In this document: positions 1-9,589 of the stretch, piece by piece | Layout of the letters: each line of letters begins with the position of its first letter | Numbering within the stretch: position 1 is the first letter of the stretch | Source of the DNA: Zymomonas mobilis subsp. mobilis ATCC 10988 | GTDB lineage: Bacteria; Pseudomonadota; Alphaproteobacteria; Sphingomonadales; Sphingomonadaceae | Assembly (NCBI RefSeq): GCF_000175255.2 | Contig: NC_017262.1 | Span: 660,001-692,000 of the forward strand | Length of the DNA stretch: 32,000 bases | Direction: 5' to 3' | Made by a program: the position numbers and the translations under genes | The notes under the pieces: generated by a model | What the model saw: the letters and a program-made list of their open reading frames with translations, nothing else | Database searches by the model: none | Told to the model about the DNA's origin: nothing

Positions 1-1339
1 GACATTGCCAGCCAAATCATCACGAATAATCGTCAAACCGGTATAGTCGCGCCATTTATCAGGATAGCCGATTTTCGGGGTAAAAGAAGCCATTTTCAAA
101 TGGGCTCTTTTCTTCGATTCCGGCGACATCCAAGTCAAATTATCAATCCGGCGATTCATCGCTGCCATGATATTTTTGACCAACTGGTCAGCCGCAGCCT
201 TGGTCTCTGGCGGGAAGTAACGGGCAACATAGGTTTTACCGATATCTTCACCCAAGGCCGTATCGACCAAACCGACGGCTTTTTTCCAGCGCGGCAATTC
301 TTTAGGCTGTCCGGTCAAAGCCTGACCATGGAAAGCAAAATGCGCATCAGAGAAAGGCTGCGAAAGATAGGGTGCCATCTGGTCAAGAAGATGAACCAGC
401 AGATAATCTTTCAACGTCTGAATGGGCGTTTTCGAGATATTCAGAGCCATACCCGCAAAAGCGCTAGGTTCACCGACCAAAAATTCAGACTGATTATTGA
501 TCTGGGCAGAAGTCAGGAAAGCATTCCAGTCGAAATTCGGGGCTTTCTTTTCAAAATCGGCACGCTGCCATTTGTTATAGGTGCGGTCGATATTGCGAAG
601 GTCTGCCCTTGCCCACTGAACAGTCGCCAAATTGGTCTCGAAAGCCATCAAATTGGCAGCACGCTGTTCGGCATAAGCCTCACCTGAAAGCTGTAACAGC
701 TTGGTCAGATAAGCGACATAAGCCTGACGGATGCTTTCAAGCTTGGGGTCTTTATTCAAATAATAGTCACGGTCAGGCAGTCCCAGACCGGATTGCTGGA
801 AATTGATAATATAGCGATCCGGCTGACGATCATCCTGCGCAACCCCAAAAGCAAAAGGTGCATCGCCACCGATCGGCAACATCGCGCCCAACTGGCGAGC
901 AAAATCATGCTGATTTTTGACCGCTTTAATGGCATTAATCGTCGGTTTTAAAGGGCTAAGGCCTTTTTGATTGATCGTTTTTTGATCCATATAGCTGGCA
1001 TAGAGATCACCGCTTCTATTGCCCGGCGTTTTAACCGCTTCGTCTAAAATGTCTTTCATCCGCTGAAGCGAAAGATCAGCCAACTGGGTGAACATACCAT
1101 AACGGGCACGGTCATCAGGAATAGGGGTTTTCTGATCCCATCCGCCATTTGCAAAATCATAGAAGCTGTCACCCGGATTGACCGAACGGTTCATACCGCT
1201 TTCATCAAAACCGAACAGGCCAATGGCCGGTTTATTGGGTAAAAGCGTCTCACCGGCTGCCAAAGCCGGAACAGCGACTGATGCCATAGCGGCCATCGCC
1301 ACAAATGCCCGTCCGATAGAAAAACGAGGATGTTTCACA
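1..1339 (-). CDS. M13 family metallopeptidase (neprilysin/PepO-like), C-terminus outside window
   Basis: Manual reverse translation gives VKHPRFSIGRAFVAMAAMASVAVPALA...GLFGFDESGMNRSVNPGDSFYDFANGGW...YRTYNKW-like M13 N-terminal domain; signal peptide; GTG start at 1339 preceded by AAGGAAGG. Not in the ORF track (edge/GTG). Confidence 0.85.
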
Positions 1340-1532
1340 AAAAACCTTCCTTAAGAAAACCAGACTATTGTCTTTGTCTTTTTTTCAAAAAACGGAGCCT
1401 ACCACACTTTAGACGCAAGGATAAAATAAAAAGAAGCAATTTATTTCCCGCAAAAATCTGTAAAATTACCAAAAGATAATCACTTGCAGATAAGGGACAG
1501 CTTCTTTTTTTGTTAAGAGTGATAGAATATTA

Positions 1533-2015
1533 TCACCCTTTATCCCGTAACAGCCTTGCCTGATCGCGTTTCCAATCCCGTTCTTTGATCGTAGCACGCT
1601 TATCATGGGTCTTTTTACCACGTGCTATAGCCAACTCCAGCTTGGCTTTCCCCTTGTTGTTAAAATACAAACTGACCGGAATAACGGTCATCCCTTCACG
1701 AGAGACGGCTGTCTGCATCTTACGGATTTCCCGTTCATGAAGCAGCAATTTTCTGGGTCGTTTTGGTTCATGATTGAACCGGTTGCCATGACTAAATTCC
1801 GGAATATTGGCATTAATCAGCGTTACTTCGCCATTTTTAACCTCGGCATAGCTTTCAGCAATCGACCCCTGCCCGAAACGTAAAGATTTCACTTCGGTTC
1901 CGGTCAAAGCAAGACCAGCCTCGTAAAAATCTTCAAAAGCATATTCGTAACGGGCGCGCCGGTTCTCGGCGAGTATCTTTGATTTTTTAAACTGAGGTGG
2001 ACGAAAAGCAGCCAT
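1533..2015 (-). CDS. smpB: SsrA-binding protein SmpB
   Basis: 160 aa: [58 protein letters not shown]...[16 protein letters not shown], typical SmpB. Confidence 0.97.
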   Translation of the reverse strand: MAAFRPPQFKKSKILAENRRARYEYAFEDFYEAGLALTGTEVKSLRFGQGSIAESYAEVKNGEVTLINANIPEFSHGNRFNHEPKRPRKLLLHEREIRKMQTAVSREGMTVIPVSLYFNNKGKAKLELAIARGKKTHDKRATIKERDWKRDQARLLRDKG

Positions 2016-2018
2016 CTT

Positions 2019-2894
2019 TTAAATCAACCTTGCATGGGAAAGCGCCGCATCAACCAAAGCCTTGCTATGATCGCTTGGCTGAACCAAAGGCAGACGCAAT
2101 TCAGGCGAGAAATCAGGATACAGGCGGGACAAAGCATATTTGACCGGAGCCGGAGAGGAATCGCTAAACAAAGCAGAATGCAAAGGATAAAGACGATCCT
2201 GCAAAGCCAAAGCATCCTGATAGCGATTTTCAGCACAAGCCTTCTGGAAATCCGCAGAAAGTTTCGGCGCAACATTGGCCGTTACCGAAATACAACCAAC
2301 ACCACCCATGGCATTAAAGGCCAAAGCCATATCATCATTACCTGACAACTGGCAGAAATCAGAACCACAAGCCAATCTTTGTGCAGAAACCCGCGCAATA
2401 TGCCCGCTAGCATCTTTCATGCCCACAATAGCAGGTAAACGCGACAGACGCGCCAAAGTTTCAACCGAGATATCGCTGCTGGTGCGCCCCGGAACATTAT
2501 AAATCAGGATAGGAATCGGACTATTTTCAGCCAGATAGCTATAATGGGCATAAAGCCCTTCCTGACTAGGTTTGTTGTAATAAGGTAATACCACCAGACC
2601 CGCAGCGGCTCCGGCTTTGGCCGCATGGCGCAAATGGGCAAGTGACACCTTGGTATCATTCGATCCACATCCGGCAATTACCGGCACTCGACCTTTGGTC
2701 TGATCAATACAAACCGCCATAACATAGTTATGTTCTTCGATGGTCATCGTGGCACTTTCACCCGTGGTGCCACAGGGGACAAGCGCTGATGATCCGCCTT
2801 CAATCATCCGGTCAACATGCGCTCTGAAAACCACTTCATCAAACTTTCCGTTGCGAAACGGTGTCACAAGAGCAGGAATTGAGCCCGTGAACAT
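2019..2894 (-). CDS. dapA: 4-hydroxy-tetrahydrodipicolinate synthase
   Basis: MFTGSIPALVTPFRNG...GTTGESATM...YYNKPSQEGLYAHY...YNVPGRTSSDI...GMKDASG. Start placed at ATG 2894 because GGAAGGAG lies about 7 nt upstream; ORF track extends to 2957. Confidence 0.96.
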   Translation of the reverse strand: MFTGSIPALVTPFRNGKFDEVVFRAHVDRMIEGGSSALVPCGTTGESATMTIEEHNYVMAVCIDQTKGRVPVIAGCGSNDTKVSLAHLRHAAKAGAAAGLVVLPYYNKPSQEGLYAHYSYLAENSPIPILIYNVPGRTSSDISVETLARLSRLPAIVGMKDASGHIARVSAQRLACGSDFCQLSGNDDMALAFNAMGGVGCISVTANVAPKLSADFQKACAENRYQDALALQDRLYPLHSALFSDSSPAPVKYALSRLYPDFSPELRLPLVQPSDHSKALVDAALSHARLI

Positions 2895-2915
2895 TATCAT
2901 CTCCTTCCCTTTGGT

Positions 2916-5009
2916 ATGAAGCTGTCTCATATAGTAAAGACCATGGCCCATAACCAAAATTTACTATCGTCTGATAAAGACGTTAAGCCACGGCTGTCCA
3001 GACAGCCCAAGCAACGCAGACAGTTTCTTAAGCTGTGTGCGTCCATCATACCGGCTGGCCTGTTCCTTTCCGGGCAGAGTTACGGGCAACGCAATAGCAT
3101 TGCCATCGTCAATCAGCCAGCAGAGACAGACAGTAAAATTGCAAAATGGCAACTATTACGTTCTGGCACATCATTATCTTTTCAGGATTATGCCTCTTTT
3201 CTGATAGAAAATCCTCACTGGCCTGCTGAAAACATTCTAAGAAAAGCCGCTGAAAAGAATTTAGCCGATGCTTTGACGGCTATAGGGGAAAAACCGCAAC
3301 AAGCCTTGCGTTTTTTTCAACTCTATCCTCCAGTCTCCAATAATGGCCGCGCGGCTTATGCATTAATTCTGGATCAATATAATCAGCAAGCCGAAGCCAT
3401 CACACAGGCCAAGGCCGCATGGACAGAAGGTTATCTGTCTCCAGATATCGAAAACAAACTTTTTGCCCGTTTCAATAACAGCTTCACAGCACAGGAGCAG
3501 GCGCTCCGAGAAGACCGGTTGTTATTTGGACATAATATCGAAGCCGCCCGTTTACAGCTTAATCGGGTCAGCGAAGATCAAAAGCCCGTTTTTGAAGCTC
3601 GCATTGCACTCCAGACAGGCGCCCCCGAAGCCGAAGCCCTTGTCTCGGCATTGGGGGCTGATGCTGACAATAATCCGGGTTTTCTGGCAGATCATGCTCA
3701 GTATTTACGAAGCAAAGCCCGCCCCTTTGATGCCCGATCTTTGCTGGCTGCGCCGCGACAATGGAAACAAGCTCCCAGCGATGCCGGAGAATGGCTCAAT
3801 CTCCTGCTTACCTTTGCCAGGGCTACCGCAAATGACAAACAATATGCCCAGACCTTGGCGATTGTCCGGCAGGTTTACAGCCTCTATCCTGATAGCCGAA
3901 AGGTAAAGGAACAATCCTTCACGATCAGGGATCGCTATACCGATCTTCTTTTCTTGGGTGGTCGGACAGCTTTAAAATACCTCAACCAGCCCAAAGAGGC
4001 GTTAGGCTTTTTCAGCAATTACGCCGCCGCTTCCAAAAGCCCTCAAAGCCGTAGCCGAGGCTATTATTGGGCAGGTCGTTCGGCTTTAGCCATGCGGGAT
4101 GATACCCTTGCCCGCCGCTATTTCGCAGCAGCAGGCCAATCCCCTGACCAGTTTTACGGCCAGCTTTCCCTTGAATTATTGGGACAGAGCGTACCAATCC
4201 CCCCTTATGGGGCTGCTCTGCCCGATTCTTCGCAGCAGAATATTTTCTACAGCAGCTCTCTGGTGCAAGCGACCATCCGCTTGGGACAGCAACAAAATTG
4301 GCGGGATCAAAGCCTGTTCTTGCGCGCGCTTGCAAACAGCCTAACCCGCCCCGAAGAATACGCGCTGGCCATTGATCTTAGTCAGCGCATCGGTAGACAA
4401 GACCTAGCCGTCATGGCCTGTCGTTCTATGCGGAATAGCGACCTGATTACCTATAATCGCAGCGGTTATCCAAGCTATTCCCTTCCCAATGAAAGCGAAC
4501 CGAGCTGGGTGATGGTGCATGCCCTTTCCCGTCAGGAAAGCCAATTCGACCGCCACGCAAAAAGCAGCGTTGGCGCGCTTGGCTTGATGCAGCTCATGCC
4601 GAAAACGGCCAAAGATCAATCCCAGAAATTAGGCTTAGCCTATGACCCTGCGCGTCTGGTAAATGATCCGGCCTTCAACCTGACCTTAGGTGCCAGCTTT
4701 TACGAAAGAATGCGCAGCTATTATCAAGGCAGCCATCTTTTAGCGGTTGCCGCCTATAATTCAGGGCCCGGCAATGTGAATCGCTATCTTTCAAGCTATG
4801 GCGATCCTCGGATGCCTCATGCGGATGTCGTCGACTGGATCGAAGATTTTCCCTTAGATGAAACCCGTAACTACATCCAACGCGTCTTAGAAAATGCAGT
4901 TGTCTATAGTCGGATTGACCCCGACACCAATCGCAGCCGCGTTGGAGGTCAGGCCTTATCCGATTATCTAGGTGGCATGGATCACATCGGGCCCACCCTT
5001 TCGCGCTAA
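2916..5009 (+). CDS. slt: Lytic murein transglycosylase (Slt70-like) with Tat-like signal peptide
   Basis: C-terminal catalytic motifs ALSRQESQFDRHAKSSVGALGLMQLMPKTA and AVAAYNSGPGNVNRYL; N-terminal KQRRQFLKLCASIIPAGLFLSG. True start may be ATG 2943. Confidence 0.92.
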   Translation: MKLSHIVKTMAHNQNLLSSDKDVKPRLSRQPKQRRQFLKLCASIIPAGLFLSGQSYGQRNSIAIVNQPAETDSKIAKWQLLRSGTSLSFQDYASFLIENPHWPAENILRKAAEKNLADALTAIGEKPQQALRFFQLYPPVSNNGRAAYALILDQYNQQAEAITQAKAAWTEGYLSPDIENKLFARFNNSFTAQEQALREDRLLFGHNIEAARLQLNRVSEDQKPVFEARIALQTGAPEAEALVSALGADADNNPGFLADHAQYLRSKARPFDARSLLAAPRQWKQAPSDAGEWLNLLLTFARATANDKQYAQTLAIVRQVYSLYPDSRKVKEQSFTIRDRYTDLLFLGGRTALKYLNQPKEALGFFSNYAAASKSPQSRSRGYYWAGRSALAMRDDTLARRYFAAAGQSPDQFYGQLSLELLGQSVPIPPYGAALPDSSQQNIFYSSSLVQATIRLGQQQNWRDQSLFLRALANSLTRPEEYALAIDLSQRIGRQDLAVMACRSMRNSDLITYNRSGYPSYSLPNESEPSWVMVHALSRQESQFDRHAKSSVGALGLMQLMPKTAKDQSQKLGLAYDPARLVNDPAFNLTLGASFYERMRSYYQGSHLLAVAAYNSGPGNVNRYLSSYGDPRMPHADVVDWIEDFPLDETRNYIQRVLENAVVYSRIDPDTNRSRVGGQALSDYLGGMDHIGPTLSR

Positions 5010-5017
5010 CACAGCTA

Positions 5018-5051
5018 AGAAAGCCTGTTACAGGATAGCAGGCTTTTCTTT
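5018..5051 (+). terminator. Rho-independent terminator after slt
   Basis: AAAGCCTGTTA-CAGGA-TAGCAGGCTTT stem (one G.U) followed by TCTTT. Confidence 0.75.
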
Positions 5052-5083
5052 CACGGCCTTAAATCAAACAGGACAGACGTCCC

Positions 5084-5581
5084 GTGACAACGAAGAACCC
5101 TAACTACATCACACCACAAGGCTTGGAAAAGCTAAAGGAACGCTACCATCATCTGATGAATACCGAACGCCCCAAAATCGTTGAGATTGTCAGCTGGGCA
5201 GCCGGTAATGGAGATCGCTCTGAAAATGGCGACTACATCTATGGCCGGAAAAAGATGCGTGAGATTGACCGCGAATTATCATGGTTGTCACGCCGATTAA
5301 AAGCCGCCCGCGTTGTTGATCCCTCGGCAGTAGAAGATCGGTCAAAAGTCTGGTTCGGAGCCACCGTCACCATTGCTGACGAAGACGACAATCAACGCCA
5401 AGTCGCATTAGTCGGGGAAGATGAAGCCGATGCCAGCCAAGGCAGAATAAGCTGGAAGTCCCCATTAGCACGAGCATTGCGGGGCGCAGCTTTAGGCGAT
5501 CTTAGAATTGTCCGCCTACCAGCCGGTGAAAAGGAATGGGAAGTTATAGAAATTGGCTATCCCGCTCCGACCTCAAAATAA
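5084..5581 (+). CDS. greB: Transcription elongation factor GreB
   Basis: 165 aa; ERPKIVEIVSWAAGNGDRSENGDYIYGRKKMREIDRELSWLSRRLKAARVVDP and C-terminal GRISWKSPLARALRGAALGD. Confidence 0.95.
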   Translation: MTTKNPNYITPQGLEKLKERYHHLMNTERPKIVEIVSWAAGNGDRSENGDYIYGRKKMREIDRELSWLSRRLKAARVVDPSAVEDRSKVWFGATVTIADEDDNQRQVALVGEDEADASQGRISWKSPLARALRGAALGDLRIVRLPAGEKEWEVIEIGYPAPTSK

Positions 5582-5588
5582 TAATAGA

Positions 5589-5620
5589 GGGAGGGATGCC
5601 CCAATCATCGGGCATCCTTC
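5589..5620. terminator. Intergenic hairpin between convergent greB and the PPK2 gene
   Basis: GGAGGGATGCCC-CAATCATC-GGGCATCCTTCC, 12 bp with one G.U, in the convergent gap; weak T tracts. Confidence 0.6.
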
Positions 5621-5629
5621 CAATAGGAT

Positions 5630-6415
5630 TTATTCGCCCAGATCAATACCCAATTTTTCTTTAGCCAACAAAACGATTTCAGGATCAAGCGGCGGCGGCG
5701 CAGTAGGAAGATTTTTTTCCAACTCATCCGCAATCAACCCAAGTGATTGGATACGAGCATCCTGCTTATTATTGGCATCAATAATATGCCAAGGCGCCCA
5801 ATGCATGTTGCATTGATCGAACATATCCAAAAAAGCCTTCTTATATTCATCCCGCTCGTCACGGGCATGAAAATCAGCCGGGCCAATCTTCATATGTTTC
5901 CAAGGATGCATCAAACGCCGCTTAAAACGCTCATCCTGCGTCTTATCAGAGATATGACAGAATATTTTAATGAGACGGGTGCCATTTTCACATTGCAGTG
6001 ATTCAAAGGCATTGATCTCATCATAGCTACGCTGCCATTCTTCGTCACTAGCCAGCTTGTCGACCCGTTCAACGAGAACACGGCCATACCAGCTCCGATC
6101 AAAGATAGCGACTTCACCATTTCCGGGCATTTTTGTCCAAAAACGCCACAGGAAATGATGTGCTTTTTCTTCTTCAGTCGGAACACCGATAGGCCATACT
6201 CTGAAATGGCGCGGGTCCCATCCTGTCACCAATCGCTGGATAATACCGCTTTTTCCTGAGCTATCCGGCCCTTCGAATAAGATAATAGCCTTCCGACGAT
6301 AGACGATATAGGCCACTAAAAGGTGAGCTAGTCTCTTTTGAAGCTGCACCAGTACTTTATCGTAATCGCCGCTAAACGGCTTTCCCTGTTCGTAATCAGC
6401 AAGATTGACAGACAT
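5630..6415 (-). CDS. Polyphosphate kinase 2 family protein (polyphosphate:AMP phosphotransferase-like)
   Basis: FEGPDSSGKSGIIQRLVTGWDPRHFRVWPIGVPTEEEKAHHFLWRFW...GEVAIFDRSWYGRVLVERV...APWHIIDANNK. Confidence 0.9.
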   Translation of the reverse strand: MSVNLADYEQGKPFSGDYDKVLVQLQKRLAHLLVAYIVYRRKAIILFEGPDSSGKSGIIQRLVTGWDPRHFRVWPIGVPTEEEKAHHFLWRFWTKMPGNGEVAIFDRSWYGRVLVERVDKLASDEEWQRSYDEINAFESLQCENGTRLIKIFCHISDKTQDERFKRRLMHPWKHMKIGPADFHARDERDEYKKAFLDMFDQCNMHWAPWHIIDANNKQDARIQSLGLIADELEKNLPTAPPPLDPEIVLLAKEKLGIDLGE

Positions 6416-6447
6416 GCGGCATTACCCCTCTGTTGGCATTATCAGAT

Positions 6448-8238
6448 TTACGAAGCTGATTTCTGGGTAGGTTTCACCGCAATACGCAAAGACAGTTCTT
6501 TCAACTGCCGTTCACTTACGGCCGCCGGAGCGCCCATCATCAAGTCTTCTGCTTTTTGGTTCATTGGGAATAGAACGACTTCACGGATATTAGGTTCACC
6601 CGCCAACAGCATCACCATACGGTCAACACCCGGAGCAGCCCCACCATGCGGCGGCGCACCATATTTAAAGGCGTTAATCATACCGGCAAAGTTTTCATCA
6701 ACCATAGCCTGATCATAGCCCGCGATTTCAAAGGCTTTGTACATGATCTCCGGCCGATGGTTACGGATAGCACCAGAAGACAATTCGATACCATTACAGA
6801 CGATATCATATTGATAAGCCAAAATATCGAGCGGATCTTTCGTTTCCAAGGCTTCCATGCCACCCTGCGGCATCGAGAATGGATTGTGACTAAAGATGAC
6901 CTGCTTGGCTTCTTCGTCATATTCGAACATCGGGAAATCGACGACCCAGCAGAAACGGAAGCTATCTTTTTCGATCAGATCGAGCAATTCACCAACGCGA
7001 TTACGGGCAAGCCCTGCTAAACGAGCGGCCTCGCCTTCCTTACCGGCGGCAAAGAAAACGCCATCATTTTCACCAAGGCCAAGATCAGCCAACAGCTTTT
7101 GGGTCGCTTCTTCGCCGAGATTGCGGGCAATCGGGCCACCTGCTTCGCCATTTTTGATATTGATATAACCCAGACCAGCAAAACCTTCTTCGCGCGCCCA
7201 GTTATTCATATCATCAAAGAATTTGCGGCTATTTTTACCTGCTTCTGGTGCCGGAATAGCGCGAACAACGCCGCCTTTTGCGACCATACCAGCAAATAAA
7301 CCGAAACCGGAATCACGGAAATGTTCGGTTACATCGCTAATTTTCAAAGGATTCCGCAAATCAGGCTTGTCGGAACCATAATAAAGCATAGCATCACGAT
7401 AAGCGATACGCGGGAAAGGCGCAGGGGTAACAGTCTTACCGCCGCCGAATTCTTCAAAGACACCGGCTAAAACGGGTTCGATAGTCGCAAAGACATCTTC
7501 TTGGGTGACAAAGCTCATTTCAAAATCGAGCTGATAGAATTCACCCGGAGAACGATCGGCGCGGGCATCTTCATCACGGAAACAAGGTGCAATCTGGAAA
7601 TAACGGTCGAAACCAGCAACCATCATCAACTGCTTGAACATCTGCGGAGCCTGCGGCAACGCATAGAATTTACCGGGATGAACGCGGCTTGGTACCAGAT
7701 AATCGCGCGCGCCTTCTGGGCTGGATGCCGTCAAAATCGGGGTCTGATATTCGTTAAAGCCCTGCTCGATCATCCGGCGACGCAGGCTGGCGATGACATT
7801 GGAGCGTAAAACGATATTGCGATGTAAACGATCACGACGCAAATCAAGATAGCGATAACGCAAACGGATATCTTCAGGATAATCAGCTTCACCGGCGACC
7901 GGCAAAGGCAATTCTTGGGCAAAAGACTGGACATCGACTTCCGAAGCACGGATTTCGATTTCACCGGTTGCAAGATTGGGATTAACGACTTCCGGCGCTC
8001 TTTCAACGACTTCACCGGTAACGGTGATAACCGACTCGAGTCGTAATTGATCCAGTTTTTCGAAAACAGCCGAATCACTATCGGCAACAATCTGGGTCAA
8101 ACCATAATGATCGCGAAGATCGACGAAAAGTAATCCACCGTGATCGCGTTTGCGATGCACCCAACCGGAAAGGCGGACTTTTTCGCCAACATTGGCGCGT
8201 CTAAGGGCTGAACAATTATGGGTGCGATAGGCATGCAT
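6448..8238 (-). CDS. aspS: Aspartyl-tRNA synthetase
   Basis: 596 aa; [98 protein letters not shown]. Confidence 0.98.
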   Translation of the reverse strand: MHAYRTHNCSALRRANVGEKVRLSGWVHRKRDHGGLLFVDLRDHYGLTQIVADSDSAVFEKLDQLRLESVITVTGEVVERAPEVVNPNLATGEIEIRASEVDVQSFAQELPLPVAGEADYPEDIRLRYRYLDLRRDRLHRNIVLRSNVIASLRRRMIEQGFNEYQTPILTASSPEGARDYLVPSRVHPGKFYALPQAPQMFKQLMMVAGFDRYFQIAPCFRDEDARADRSPGEFYQLDFEMSFVTQEDVFATIEPVLAGVFEEFGGGKTVTPAPFPRIAYRDAMLYYGSDKPDLRNPLKISDVTEHFRDSGFGLFAGMVAKGGVVRAIPAPEAGKNSRKFFDDMNNWAREEGFAGLGYINIKNGEAGGPIARNLGEEATQKLLADLGLGENDGVFFAAGKEGEAARLAGLARNRVGELLDLIEKDSFRFCWVVDFPMFEYDEEAKQVIFSHNPFSMPQGGMEALETKDPLDILAYQYDIVCNGIELSSGAIRNHRPEIMYKAFEIAGYDQAMVDENFAGMINAFKYGAPPHGGAAPGVDRMVMLLAGEPNIREVVLFPMNQKAEDLMMGAPAAVSERQLKELSLRIAVKPTQKSAS

Positions 8239-8339
8239 GTATTAAATTTCCTGATTGCACGAGATTTTTGTTTACTGTTGCGCTTCGCTCGGACAGCTTG
8301 TCTTTGTCAAGGCACACAATCCGGTTAATAGTAGGCTTA

Positions 8340-9512
8340 ATGCAGATTCATCCTCTTATCACAGATAGCGCAACGCTAGCCGCTCTTTGTTCCCGCTTAT
8401 CCCGGGCTGACTTTATTGCCATAGATACCGAGTTTATTCGGGAAAACAGTTATTGGCCGGAGTTATGCCTGATTCAGATCGCGGATGATAAAGAAGCCGC
8501 AGCCATTGATCCACTGGCTCCTGGCCTGGATATGACCCCTCTTACTGATTTGTTGGTCAATAATGAAGATATTCTTAAGGTTTTTCATGCCGGAGGGCAG
8601 GATCTTGAAATTATTCTTCATCACACCGGCAAAATGCCCTTTCCTCTTTTTGACACACAAATTGCCGCTATGGCCTTGGGTGTTGGTGAACAGGTCGGCT
8701 ATTCAAATCTGGTAGAAAGATATCTTTCTATCAAATTAGACAAAGGCGCAAGATTTACAGATTGGTCACATCGCCCGCTTGACCGGCGGCAGTTGGATTA
8801 CGCCATTGCCGATGTCACCCATCTTGCGACTCTTTTCCCCATGCTGTTGAAAGAATTGCGGGATAAAGGGCGCGGCGCATGGCTCGATCAGGAAATGGAA
8901 CGGCTGGCCGATCCTTCACAATATATCAATGATCCCGAAAAATCATGGCTTCGTATCCGAATGCCGAACCGGAAAGCGGATATCCTCGGTCGTCTCAAAG
9001 CCTTGGCCGCATGGCGCGAAATCGAGGCACAAAACCGTAATATTCCAAGGGGTCGTATCGCCAAAGATGAAACCTTGGCTGATCTGGCTATTCACCCCCC
9101 TCGCCGTCAATCCGATCTGGTAAAGGTGCGCGGACTTTCGGGCAGCTGGGGCAGTAATGACATTGGCCAAAGGCTGATGGAAGCAATCGAAAATGCCGAG
9201 GCTTTAAGACCCGAAGAAATTCCGCAACGCAATGACCGAAAATTATGCATCGGAAAAGACGGTGCAATGATTGCCGATTTGCTGAAATTATTGCTTAAAA
9301 TGCGCGCTCGTGATGCCGAAGTTGCCGCCCGCCTTATCGCAAAAAGCGACGATATCGAGGGAATTATCGCGGGTGAACGCGAAAATAATCCGGTTTTGAC
9401 TGGCTGGCGCTACGATATTTTTGGGAAAGAGGCCATTGCCTTGATTGAAGGTAAAATGGCTTTCAGCGTCCAAAAAGGCAAAATCGCCATGACCCTGATT
9501 GAAAAAGAATAA
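8340..9512 (+). CDS. rnd: Ribonuclease D
   Basis: ADFIAIDTEFIRENSYWPELCLIQIADD, VFHAGGQDLEI, YAIADVTHLATLFPML; HRDC-like C-terminus. ORF track begins at 8268, the conserved N-terminus suggests ATG 8340. Confidence 0.95.
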   Translation: MQIHPLITDSATLAALCSRLSRADFIAIDTEFIRENSYWPELCLIQIADDKEAAAIDPLAPGLDMTPLTDLLVNNEDILKVFHAGGQDLEIILHHTGKMPFPLFDTQIAAMALGVGEQVGYSNLVERYLSIKLDKGARFTDWSHRPLDRRQLDYAIADVTHLATLFPMLLKELRDKGRGAWLDQEMERLADPSQYINDPEKSWLRIRMPNRKADILGRLKALAAWREIEAQNRNIPRGRIAKDETLADLAIHPPRRQSDLVKVRGLSGSWGSNDIGQRLMEAIENAEALRPEEIPQRNDRKLCIGKDGAMIADLLKLLLKMRARDAEVAARLIAKSDDIEGIIAGERENNPVLTGWRYDIFGKEAIALIEGKMAFSVQKGKIAMTLIEKE

Positions 9513-9520
9513 TTGTAACC

Positions 9521-9558
9521 AAAACCTCTGCTATTCATCTGAATAGCAGAGGTTTTTT
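9521..9558. terminator. Bidirectional intrinsic terminator between rnd and ppx
   Basis: Perfect 16-bp stem AAAACCTCTGCTATTC-ATCT-GAATAGCAGAGGTTTT followed by TT, between convergent genes. Confidence 0.93.
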
Positions 9559-9589
9559 ATACCGCTTTCAATAAATAAAGGCGGCGATC

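Noticed and set aside
100-687. 195-aa plus-strand ORF
   Set aside because: It lies wholly antisense to the M13 metallopeptidase, whose reverse-strand translation is clearly conserved; protein looks shadow-like.
1519-1536. GTGATA...TATCAC palindrome at the smpB stop codon
   Set aside because: Only 6 bp and AT-rich, no clear T tract; too weak to call a terminator.
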